From assembly GCA_964608505.1 (NCBI GenBank), contig CAZSOV010000005.1, forward strand, positions 4,114 to 68,113: DNA of 64,000 nt. The letters run 5' to 3'. Of the stretch, positions 27,538-35,347 are shown one piece after another. Below the pieces are notes generated by a model, which had not been told where the DNA came from, did no database searches, and saw nothing but the letters and a program-made list of their open reading frames with translations. How positions within the stretch are numbered: position 1 is the stretch's first letter; every line of letters begins with the position of its first letter. A program made the position numbers and the translations under genes. The stretch comes from an uncultured Verrucomicrobiota bacterium. Lineage in GTDB: Bacteria > Verrucomicrobiota > Verrucomicrobiia > Limisphaerales > CAIMTB01.

Positions 27538-28056
27538 CAGGAGAGTCCGGGAGCCACGGTAGGGTTAAACCCCATGGAAGCGGAACAACCGTCATACCCA
27601 GAATTCCCGGCAAGGAACGCCACCCGACGCACGGGGAACTCGGACGCCTGGAAAGAACGATATGGCCCTGTTATTCGCTCCGCCTCGAAGCGACGGCATC
27701 GCCGCCCTCTCCGACCTGGTCGGCGTCGTTTCCGAAGGCGTGGCTGCCGGGTTTGATCCACGCCCCGACGTGGAATGCTACCCACGGCTCGCCCGCCGGA
27801 AGCAGGCTTCCATCACGCACACCTTACTGCGGTTTCAGGATGTGCAGAGCGTCGCCGACTACGCGCTCTCCACCGCGCCTCCCGTCCTGGCCTACCCTCC
27901 GCGGATGAAGAAACTCAACGCGCAAGGCCCGAAGGTGCTCGGCCACCTGCCCCGGGTGACCGGTCCTCCTCCCCGGTGCTACAAGGAGGCCACACGCGAA
28001 AGCTTCACATTCTCATCGGCCAGCTGCTCCTCCAGGACTGGACGGTCGCGAGGCTC

Positions 28057-28458
28057 ATGCTCACCGCGATCATCGTGGGCATGCGCGGCCCGTTTGCGCT
28101 GCACCACTTCGCCAAGGTGAACCTGCACGTGAAGCCCACCAGGATCGCTTCGATCATCATCGGCGGACTCCTCTGCGGTGCAGGCTTCGCCCTGATCGGT
28201 TATTGCCCCGGCAACCCAACGGCGGCGCTCGGCCCGGGAAGCAGGGATGCACTCTTCGCCATGGTTGGACTGGTTGCAGGCTCCTGGATCCTCGCCGAGT
28301 TCTCCGCGACCCTGGGAGGCACCGTCGACCAGTGGGGCGACCTGGGGAAAGGGCTGCTGCCGGAGTTGCTGCGCGTCCGGCGAGGAGTTTTCGTGGTCCT
28401 CTTCGCACTGCCGCTTGCCGTGGGTTTGGTCATCCCTGAAGGGGCCTTTCCACGATGA
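28057..28458 (+). CDS. YeeE/YedE-family (DUF395-like) sulfur-compound transporter component, 4-TM half-size form; true start may lie upstream (27985-28057)
   Basis: LLLQDWTVARLMLTAIIVGM ... IIIGGLLCGAGFALIGYCPGNPTAALG ... LFAMVGLVAGSWILAEF ... VFVVLFALPLAVGLVI. The GxCPG motif and glycine-rich TM helices are family-typical. No ATG/GTG lies close to the AAGGAGG at 27983-27989, so the start is unresolved. ATGA overlap with the next gene. Confidence 0.6.
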   Translation: MLTAIIVGMRGPFALHHFAKVNLHVKPTRIASIIIGGLLCGAGFALIGYCPGNPTAALGPGSRDALFAMVGLVAGSWILAEFSATLGGTVDQWGDLGKGLLPELLRVRRGVFVVLFALPLAVGLVIPEGAFPR

Positions 28459-29564
28459 CGGTCCGCGGAACATCGGGGCCGGACGTCCGGGGCTCTTCGC
28501 CCGAAGGGATGATCGTGCGCGAAAGGGATCCGCTGAATCTCGAAATGCCCTTCGGCTCTTCGGACGAGTTCATTACGCCGGTCGACCGCTTCTTCGTTCG
28601 CTGCCACTTCCCGATTCCCGGGATCGACGTTCAGTCGTGGCGACTGAGGATCGAGGGCGAGGTCGAGAGGCCGCTGGAGCTGCGCTATGCTGAACTGGCC
28701 GCCATGCAGTCCCGCACCGTCGCCGTAACGATGGAATGCGCGGGCAATGGGCGCGCCTACCTGACGCCCCAGGCCAGCGGTGCTCAATGGGAGCGCGGCG
28801 CGGTGGGCAATGCCGAATGGACGGGCGTCCTGCTGAGCGACCTCCTGAACCGAGCGGGCCTGAAGCCGTCGGCGCGGGAGGTCGTCTTCGAGGGCGCGGA
28901 CAGAGGGGAGATTCGCGAACCAGGAGGACCGGTGGGTACCACCTCATACGCACGCGGCATGCCGCTGCGGAAGGCGAACCAGGATGTGCTGCTGGCACTC
29001 GGAATGAACGGGCAGCCGCTCACGCCCGCCCATGGCTCACCGCTCCGCGTCATCGTACCCGGCTGGTATGGCATGGCTTCGGTGAAGTGGCTCACCCGGA
29101 TCATCGCCTGCGCGCTGCCCTTCCACGGCTACTTCCAAACCATCGACTACGCCTACTGGGAGCCCGGTCCGGCCGCGCCGACGCTTGTCCCTGTCACCGG
29201 GATGCAACTCAAGGCCCAGATCGCCCGGCCCGGCTTCGCCGAGGCCGTGCGCGGCGGTACGATCTATCACGTGCGAGGTGCCGCGTGGACGGGCGAGGCG
29301 GAGGTTGCACGCGTGGAGATCAGCACCGACGCCGGGGACACGTGGCATGAGGCGCATCTGGAGGCAGACCCCATCCGCGGCACCTGGCGACGTTGGAGCT
29401 ATGAGTGGCGGGTGCCGACGCGCCCCGGAAGGGCCACGCTCATGGCTCGCGGCACGGACTCGCAAGGCCGCACGCAACCGACGCGTCGCGATGAGAACCG
29501 CCGCGGTTACATCGTCAACCACCTCGTCCCGATCGAGGTCGACGTGCAGACACCCGCTTCCTGA
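28455..29564 (+). CDS. Sulfite-oxidase-family molybdopterin oxidoreductase (SUOX/SorA-like, no heme domain, no obvious signal peptide)
   Basis: PLNLEMPF ... ITPVDRFFVRCHFPIP ... WRLRIEGEVERPLELRYAEL ... TMECAGNGR (Mo-ligand Cys context) ... GAVGNAEWTGVLLSDLL ... LLALGMNGQPLTPAHGSPLRVIVPGWYGMASVKWLTRI. A dimerisation-domain-like C-terminus follows. Confidence 0.9.
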   Translation: MTVRGTSGPDVRGSSPEGMIVRERDPLNLEMPFGSSDEFITPVDRFFVRCHFPIPGIDVQSWRLRIEGEVERPLELRYAELAAMQSRTVAVTMECAGNGRAYLTPQASGAQWERGAVGNAEWTGVLLSDLLNRAGLKPSAREVVFEGADRGEIREPGGPVGTTSYARGMPLRKANQDVLLALGMNGQPLTPAHGSPLRVIVPGWYGMASVKWLTRIIACALPFHGYFQTIDYAYWEPGPAAPTLVPVTGMQLKAQIARPGFAEAVRGGTIYHVRGAAWTGEAEVARVEISTDAGDTWHEAHLEADPIRGTWRRWSYEWRVPTRPGRATLMARGTDSQGRTQPTRRDENRRGYIVNHLVPIEVDVQTPAS

Positions 29565-29602
29565 CGGCATCTCCACACCGAGCAAACGCAAACCAACCCA
29601 TC

Positions 29603-30061
29603 ATGCATGCCATTCTGCGCGCACTCGCCATCGCGGCACTCCTCGCCCTGGCCCTCCCCGGTTCGACTGCCGAGCCCAGCAAGCTGCCCATCAGCCGGGT
29701 ACACAAAGTCGTCTTCGAACTCGCCGCCGACGGTGCGGAGAAGTGGATGGCGACCCTGCGCAATCTGGAGAACGTCCAGGAATCCCTCGGAACCAAAGCG
29801 ACGACGATCGAGTTGGTCGCGCATGGGAAGGGGATCGGACTCCTTCTGGTCCGGACAGCCGCGGCGAATCCGGAAATGAAGACGGCGCTCCAGAAACTCC
29901 ACGAGAGCGGGGTGGTGTTCGCCGTTTGCGAGAACACCATGAAAAAGCAGGGGATAACGAGGAAGGAACTCCTCCCACTCGCAACCACCGTGGACTCAGG
30001 CGTCGGGGAAGTCATTCGCAAACAGGAACTTGGGTACGTGTACATCAAGAGCGGTGGCTGA
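29603..30061 (+). CDS. DsrE/DsrF-like family protein (COG1416-type), with signal peptide
   Basis: MHAILRALAIAALLALALPGSTA. KVVFELAADGAEKWMATLRNLENVQESLG ... IELVAHGKGIGLLL ... GVVFAVCENTMKKQGI ... VDSGVGEVIRKQELGYVYIK matches the COG1416 pattern as I remember it. Confidence 0.8.
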   Translation: MHAILRALAIAALLALALPGSTAEPSKLPISRVHKVVFELAADGAEKWMATLRNLENVQESLGTKATTIELVAHGKGIGLLLVRTAAANPEMKTALQKLHESGVVFAVCENTMKKQGITRKELLPLATTVDSGVGEVIRKQELGYVYIKSGG

Positions 30062-30263
30062 CGGGAGATGCCGCGTTCATGCCATTCGAACGCCGTGGTC
30101 CAGCGTTCGTTGCACATCGGTGCGAATCCCGTGCTTCCCTCCACACGGGAATCCTCTCAAAGGCTCGCATCTCCATGCCCCAGGCCGATGCCCGACTCCG
30201 TCGGTCCGGGATTCGATTTCGCGCCGCTGACAAACCGAGGAATCCACTCCACCCCGAGAAGTG

Positions 30264-31709
30264 ATGAACCGCACGCCACTTACATTGCTTCAGATCAACG
30301 ATACTCACGGATATCTGGAGCCTCATCCCGAGCTGTTCTGGCGTGGTGACGAGCCTGAATACCGATCCATGGGCGGCTATGCCCGGCTGCTCACGATCTT
30401 CGACCGCGTGCGCGTGGAGTGCAATCGGTCGGTCGTGGCGCTGGATAACGGCGACACCCTCCATGGAACGTTTCACGCGGTTCAATCGAAAGGCGAGGCG
30501 CTGATCGAACCGCTGAACCTGCTCGGGCTGGATGCCTGGACGGTGCACTGGGATTTTGCCTATGGCCCCGACCGCCTGCGCGAACTCGCCGCCAGACTGA
30601 ACCATCCTCTTCTCGCCTGTAATTGCTATGTCGCGGAAACCGGAGAGCTCGCCCATCCCGCCTTCACAGTCATCGAACGCGGGGGCGTGCGCGTCGGCGT
30701 CATCGGCGTCGCCGCGACCATCCTGGACAAGACGATGCCGCCCATGTTCAGCAAGGGGCTGCGCTTCACGACCGGGAACGAGGAACTCCCGGGCCACATC
30801 CACACGCTCCGCGATGGGCAGGGCGTGGATCTCGTGGTGGTGCTTTCGCACCTGGGCTTCCCGCAGGATGTGAAGCTCGCGTCGGAGGTTGCGGGAATCG
30901 ACATACTCCTGAGCGGTCACACGCATAATCGGATGCACAGGCCTCTCGTGGTGAACGGTGCAGTGATCATCCAGTCGGGCTGTCATGGATCATTCGTCGG
31001 GCGGCTGGATCTGGAACTCCACCAGGGCAGGGTCGAGCTTCTACGCCACCGGTTGATCCCCGTGGACGACTCGGTTCCCGGGGATGCCGCGATGCAGCGG
31101 GTCGTGGAAGGAATCGTCGCGCCGCACCGGGAGGCGCTGTCCCGCATCGTGGGCCGGACCGAGACCGCGCTGAACCGAAACACGATGTTCGAGGCCACCA
31201 TGGACAATCTGCTGCTGCAGGCCGTGGCCGAGGCCGCCGGCACGCGGATCGCGTTCTCGAATGGCTGGCGCTATGGCGCACCGGTCCCCATCGGGCCGGT
31301 CACCGTCAACGACCTCTGGAACATGATCCCTCCGAATCCACCGATCTCGACGGTGGAACTCACCGGGCGCGAGATGTGGGACATGCTGGAGGAAGGCCTC
31401 GAGCGAGCCGTGTCGTCGGATCCCTATCAGCAGATGGGTGGCTACTTCAAACGCTGCATCGGCATCAGGATCCTCGTGAAACTCGAGAATCCCCATGGTT
31501 CACGCATTCAACAACTGTTCGTCGGCTCGCAGGAGCTGGAACCCGACGCGGTGCACACGGTCGCCTTCGTAACCGACCAGGGCGTGCCCCGGAGGTTCGG
31601 GGTCAACCGACGGGACCTGACGACCCATGCCATCGACGCCCTCCGGCAGTACCTGTCGAGGCACCGCAGCGTGAATGCCGGCCTTCGGGGAGCGGTGGTC
31701 GCGGTGTGA
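30264..31709 (+). CDS. Calcineurin-like metallophosphoesterase of the 5'-nucleotidase/UshA/SoxB superfamily (atypical motif III)
   Basis: LLQINDTHGYL (DxH), LDNGDTLHG (GD), VVVLSHLG, ILLSGHTHNRM (GH). The canonical GNHEF position reads VHWDFAYG. A 5'-nucleotidase C-terminal-like region follows. No signal peptide seen. Confidence 0.8.
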   Translation: MNRTPLTLLQINDTHGYLEPHPELFWRGDEPEYRSMGGYARLLTIFDRVRVECNRSVVALDNGDTLHGTFHAVQSKGEALIEPLNLLGLDAWTVHWDFAYGPDRLRELAARLNHPLLACNCYVAETGELAHPAFTVIERGGVRVGVIGVAATILDKTMPPMFSKGLRFTTGNEELPGHIHTLRDGQGVDLVVVLSHLGFPQDVKLASEVAGIDILLSGHTHNRMHRPLVVNGAVIIQSGCHGSFVGRLDLELHQGRVELLRHRLIPVDDSVPGDAAMQRVVEGIVAPHREALSRIVGRTETALNRNTMFEATMDNLLLQAVAEAAGTRIAFSNGWRYGAPVPIGPVTVNDLWNMIPPNPPISTVELTGREMWDMLEEGLERAVSSDPYQQMGGYFKRCIGIRILVKLENPHGSRIQQLFVGSQELEPDAVHTVAFVTDQGVPRRFGVNRRDLTTHAIDALRQYLSRHRSVNAGLRGAVVAV

Positions 31710-31727
31710 AGGAGAGGCCTCCAGCCA

Positions 31728-32120
31728 ATGAACCCACCCCTGCCCGCCCACCACAAGTGCACCGAGCATCTCGCCGTCGAGCGCACGTTTCTGGCATGGG
31801 TGCGAACCAGCATTGCCATCATCAGTCTCGGATTCGTCGTGGCCAAGTTTGGCGTCTGGCTGCGGAGCATGCTGTCCCGCCTCGACATTCAACCACAGGT
31901 CCATGAAGCGGACATGTCACTGCCGATGGGGATCGGACTGATGGCCTTCGGAGGAATCCTGACGGTTCTGGCAGCCTGGCACTGTCATGCCGTCCATCGG
32001 GCAATTGAACGCGGGGAGTCGAGATCGAGTGGGGCGCTGATTGCCGCGGTGACCATCGCGATATTCCTGCTGGCGGCACTGTTGATTGCTCATATGCTAT
32101 GGACGTCAAGGAGTCTGTGA
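31728..32120 (+). CDS. DUF202 (YidH-like) membrane protein
   Basis: EHLAVERTFLAWVRTSIAIISLGFVVAKF followed by two further TM helices. Typical ~130-aa size. Confidence 0.85.
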   Translation: MNPPLPAHHKCTEHLAVERTFLAWVRTSIAIISLGFVVAKFGVWLRSMLSRLDIQPQVHEADMSLPMGIGLMAFGGILTVLAAWHCHAVHRAIERGESRSSGALIAAVTIAIFLLAALLIAHMLWTSRSL

Positions 32121-32316
32121 GCGCTGCGATTTACCATGGCGTTCCCGCCTCCCATCGTTCGGAGGAGCCGGGATTGTCCCTGCATGCCCACGCTCCGTCC
32201 GTTGCCGCACGCGCGGTCCGGGGATACGAAGTGCAGAGAGCCTTGATGGAGTGACGGTCCGACGCCGGCGTGCCCGTGGTCATGTCCGGCCTCCGTCGCG
32301 GGAAGGTTCGTGGATT

Positions 32317-32844
32317 ATGCTATCAATGATGGTCAGTGTTCTGGTTGGAGGCGGTCTCGGAGCGATCCTTGGCTATTTCGGGAAATGCTCCTCCGGTGCC
32401 TGCCTCCTGACGGCGAACCCCTGGCGCGGCGCGATGGTCGGCGCGGCACTCGGGCTGGTCATGCACCTTGCCTCGGGCCGCGGGGGTTCGGCTGCCGTCA
32501 ACGTTTCCACGCTGCATGTAAGCCGCATCCAGGAAGGGCAGTTCCAAGCGGAGGTCCTGGAAGCCACCATGCCCGTGGTGGCGGACTTCTACGCTTCATG
32601 GTGTGGCCCGTGCAGGGTTCTTTCGCCGATGCTGGACGAGCTGGCGGGCCCGCTCACCAATCGCATCAAGTTCGTCAAGATCAACGTGGACGAAGCGGCC
32701 GCGCTCTCACGGCGAATGGACGTTCAAGCGCTTCCGACGCTGGTCTTTTTCAGCAACGGCAAGGTCGTGGACCGGCTGGTAGGATTACCCTCACGTGACG
32801 CGCTACAGCAGCGTCTGGAGTCGCTCGCCACAGCCCACCGCTGA
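32317..32844 (+). CDS. Thioredoxin fused to an N-terminal glycine-rich CxxxxC membrane hairpin (DUF6132-like)
   Basis: N-terminus MLSMMVSVLVGGGLGAILGYFGKCSSGACLLTANPWRGAMVGAALGLVMHL. Thioredoxin domain VVADFYASWCGPCRVLSPMLDEL ... VKINVDE ... VQALPTLVFFSNGKVVDRLVG. Confidence 0.88.
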   Translation: MLSMMVSVLVGGGLGAILGYFGKCSSGACLLTANPWRGAMVGAALGLVMHLASGRGGSAAVNVSTLHVSRIQEGQFQAEVLEATMPVVADFYASWCGPCRVLSPMLDELAGPLTNRIKFVKINVDEAAALSRRMDVQALPTLVFFSNGKVVDRLVGLPSRDALQQRLESLATAHR

Positions 32845-32915
32845 TGATGGTGGCGTGCTCACCGATTTCCCGAGGGGAGAAGGTAGACGCGACCGCCTCT
32901 CTTTCCGTTGCCGCC

Positions 32916-34400
32916 TTACGCCGGTCCCTGGACCGAGCCGAGCGTCTGCCTTCGCTCGTCGCCTCGCGACGTCGGGGTCGGGTCGGGGCCGCCGCGCGGC
33001 AGTTCGACGACGAAGGTGCTGCCAGCGCCGAGTTCGCTGCGGACCTCGACGCGTCCGCCGTGGGCCTCCACGAGGGCCTTGACCATCGCCAGCCCGAGAC
33101 CGGCACCGCCGGCGGCCCGGTTACGGGCCGAATCGACGCGGTAAAACCGGTCGAACAGGCGGGGGAGATGTTCGGGGGCGATGCCGGGGCCCTGATCCTC
33201 GACCTCGACGACGACGGGGCCGGTCCCGCCGTCGGATCGGACGCGGAGGATGACGGCGTCCCCGTCGGTGGAATGGCGGATGGCGTTCTCGGCGAGGTTG
33301 ACGAGGACGCGTTCGAGGGCGACGGGATCGCCGACGAGCGCGGCGTGGGAAGGGGCCTCGCAACGGAGGAGGACCCCGGACTTCTCCGCGACGGGCTGCA
33401 GTTTGCGGGCGAGGTCGCGGCAGAGGGCGGCAAGACAGCAAGGCTGAAGGGAGGCGAGCACCTCGCCGGCATCGGCCCGGGCGAGGGCGAGAAGACCGTC
33501 GGTGAGCCGGGCCAGGCGCAGCACTTCCTCGAGGTTGCTGCGAAGGATCGCGCGGTAGCGGTCGGGTTCTCGATCCTTGCGCAGGGCGACCTGGATTTCG
33601 CCTCGGAGGATGGTGAGGGGCGTTCGCAGTTCGTGCGCGGCATCGGCGAGGAACCGCTGCTGGGAGGCGTGGAGACGGTGCAAACGGTCCAGGAGGGCAT
33701 TGAAGGCGGCCACCAACCGGCGGAGTTCGCCGTCGCCGCGGGGCATGGCGAGCTGGGTGAAGCCGAGGTCGCCCCGGCCCAGCTGCTCCGCGGCCTCCGC
33801 GGCCAGGGTGAGGGAGCGGGTCCAGACTCCCACCAGGAGATAGGTGACGAGGATCGCGGCTCCGGTCAGGGAGAGGAGCCGGATGCGCATGGCGGACTTG
33901 AGTTCCAAGGCGCGTTGCTGGAGGTCGGCGAGTCGTACGGCGGCGACGGTCCAACCCGCGGGGGGGCGGGCGATGTGGGCGCCATGGCCGAGGGGATACC
34001 AGGCGGCGGCAAAGCTCTCCTGGTTGGGACCGGTGACGAGAGCGGCATGCGGCTCGCGCCAGGGGTCAGCATTCGTGAGGTAGGCCGCGGGAACCGAGAA
34101 GTCGCCCTCCGGGAAATAGCGGGAGGCCTGGCGGCGGTCGAATCGCCCGTCGGCCGCGAGCACCGCGCCGTGAAAGCCCTGCACCTCCTCGCGGAAGGTG
34201 GCGCGCAGGGGTTCGTCGAACTCGGCGCGGTCCACCGGCACCCAGCGACCGAGGCGGATGGTCTTGTCCTTGGCCATCTCGAGGGCGTTCTGGCGGGTCC
34301 AGTCGAGGGTGACGGAGTAGTAGCGGACGGCGAAGGCCAGAAGGCAGCCGAAGACCAGGAGCCCAACGCCCAGCGCGACCTGTGCCCGGACGCTGGTCAT
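32916..34400 (-). CDS. Sensor histidine kinase (2 TM, periplasmic domain, HAMP, HisKA, HATPase_c)
   Basis: H-box FLADAAHELRTPLTILRGEIQVAL. N/G boxes VLVNLAENAIRHS ... VEVEDQGPGIAPEHLPRLFDRFYRVD ... GGAGLGLAMVKALVEAHGGRVEV. Confidence 0.92.
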   Translation of the reverse strand: MTSVRAQVALGVGLLVFGCLLAFAVRYYSVTLDWTRQNALEMAKDKTIRLGRWVPVDRAEFDEPLRATFREEVQGFHGAVLAADGRFDRRQASRYFPEGDFSVPAAYLTNADPWREPHAALVTGPNQESFAAAWYPLGHGAHIARPPAGWTVAAVRLADLQQRALELKSAMRIRLLSLTGAAILVTYLLVGVWTRSLTLAAEAAEQLGRGDLGFTQLAMPRGDGELRRLVAAFNALLDRLHRLHASQQRFLADAAHELRTPLTILRGEIQVALRKDREPDRYRAILRSNLEEVLRLARLTDGLLALARADAGEVLASLQPCCLAALCRDLARKLQPVAEKSGVLLRCEAPSHAALVGDPVALERVLVNLAENAIRHSTDGDAVILRVRSDGGTGPVVVEVEDQGPGIAPEHLPRLFDRFYRVDSARNRAAGGAGLGLAMVKALVEAHGGRVEVRSELGAGSTFVVELPRGGPDPTPTSRGDERRQTLGSVQGPA

Positions 34401-34533
34401 GGGAGGAGACCTCTCCGCTCGAACCGTGCGTGGGGACCACCCACGGCGGACCGCACGTCGCCGCGTGAGGGCACGCGGCCTACAGCGACCTGGCCCGGTG
34501 CCCTCGCCGGGCGGTGCGGTGGTCGTGGGCGGT

Positions 34534-35229
34534 TCATGGCGAGCCCGGGGTTCCGTCGTTGCCTTCGCGGAGCAGGTAACCCACGCCGCGGACGGTGTGG
34601 AGCAGGCGCGTCGGGTGGCCCTTGTCGATCCGCGCGCGGAGGTGATGGACGGTCACGTCGATGACATTGCTCAGGGGGTCCAGATCCTCGTCCCAGGCGT
34701 GCTCGGCGAGTTCGGCACGTCCGACCACCTGGTTTTTGCGGAGGAGCAGGTATTCGAGGACGGCGAATTGCTTTCCGGAGACCTCGATGCGCCGTCCCGC
34801 GCGCTCCACGACGCGCGTTCGCCGATGCACGACGAGGTCGCCGCAGCACAACTCGTCGCTGACCATCGCCTGCGGACGACGCAGCAGGGCGGCGATGCGG
34901 GCCAGCAATTCGTCGAAGTCGAAGGGTTTGGCCAGGTAATCGTCCGCCCCGCCGTTCAAGCCCGTCAGGCGATCCGCGACGGCGTCGCGCGCGGTCAGCA
35001 TCAGCACGCGGGCGGTGCAGCCGCGGGCGCGAAGGGCACGAAGCACGGCAAACCCGTCGCGCTTGGGCAGCATCACGTCGAGCAGGATCACGTCGTAGGC
35101 GGTGTTCAACGCGCGGTACTCCCCTTCCTCGCCGTCGCGCGCGATGTCGACGGCGAACGACTGTTCGCGCAGGCCTTCCGCGAGAAAGGCCGCCACCTTG
35201 TCCTCGTCCTCGACCACCAGAATACGCAC
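34534..35229 (-). CDS. OmpR/PhoB-family response regulator
   Basis: GTG start giving VRILVVEDEDKV ... VILLDVMLPKRDG ... VLMLTARD ... GADDYLAKPF. Winged-helix part LSGKQFAVLEYLLLR ... TVRGVGYLL. The track ORF extends to 35511, but the giant gene stop is at 35348. Confidence 0.9.
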   Translation of the reverse strand: MRILVVEDEDKVAAFLAEGLREQSFAVDIARDGEEGEYRALNTAYDVILLDVMLPKRDGFAVLRALRARGCTARVLMLTARDAVADRLTGLNGGADDYLAKPFDFDELLARIAALLRRPQAMVSDELCCGDLVVHRRTRVVERAGRRIEVSGKQFAVLEYLLLRKNQVVGRAELAEHAWDEDLDPLSNVIDVTVHHLRARIDKGHPTRLLHTVRGVGYLLREGNDGTPGSP

Positions 35230-35347
35230 CGCGTCCCGAGCATCCCCCGCGCAGGCGCGGGGATCAACCGCGGCAAGCCGGGGCGTTTCGGAGCCCGAAC
35301 GCGCCGGCGTGGGAAAGGCCTCGCACACGTGGAAAGCGTTCCTTGCA

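Noticed and set aside
27290-28056. Moco riboswitch in the leader of the SUOX-family Mo-enzyme operon, and track ORF 27662..28120 (152 aa) as a real gene.
   Set aside because: I found no convincing match to the conserved Moco-motif cores as I remember them, so the riboswitch is unsupported rather than disproved. The 152-aa ORF has no motifs or TM segments, and its 3' end overlaps the better-supported YeeE-like frame.
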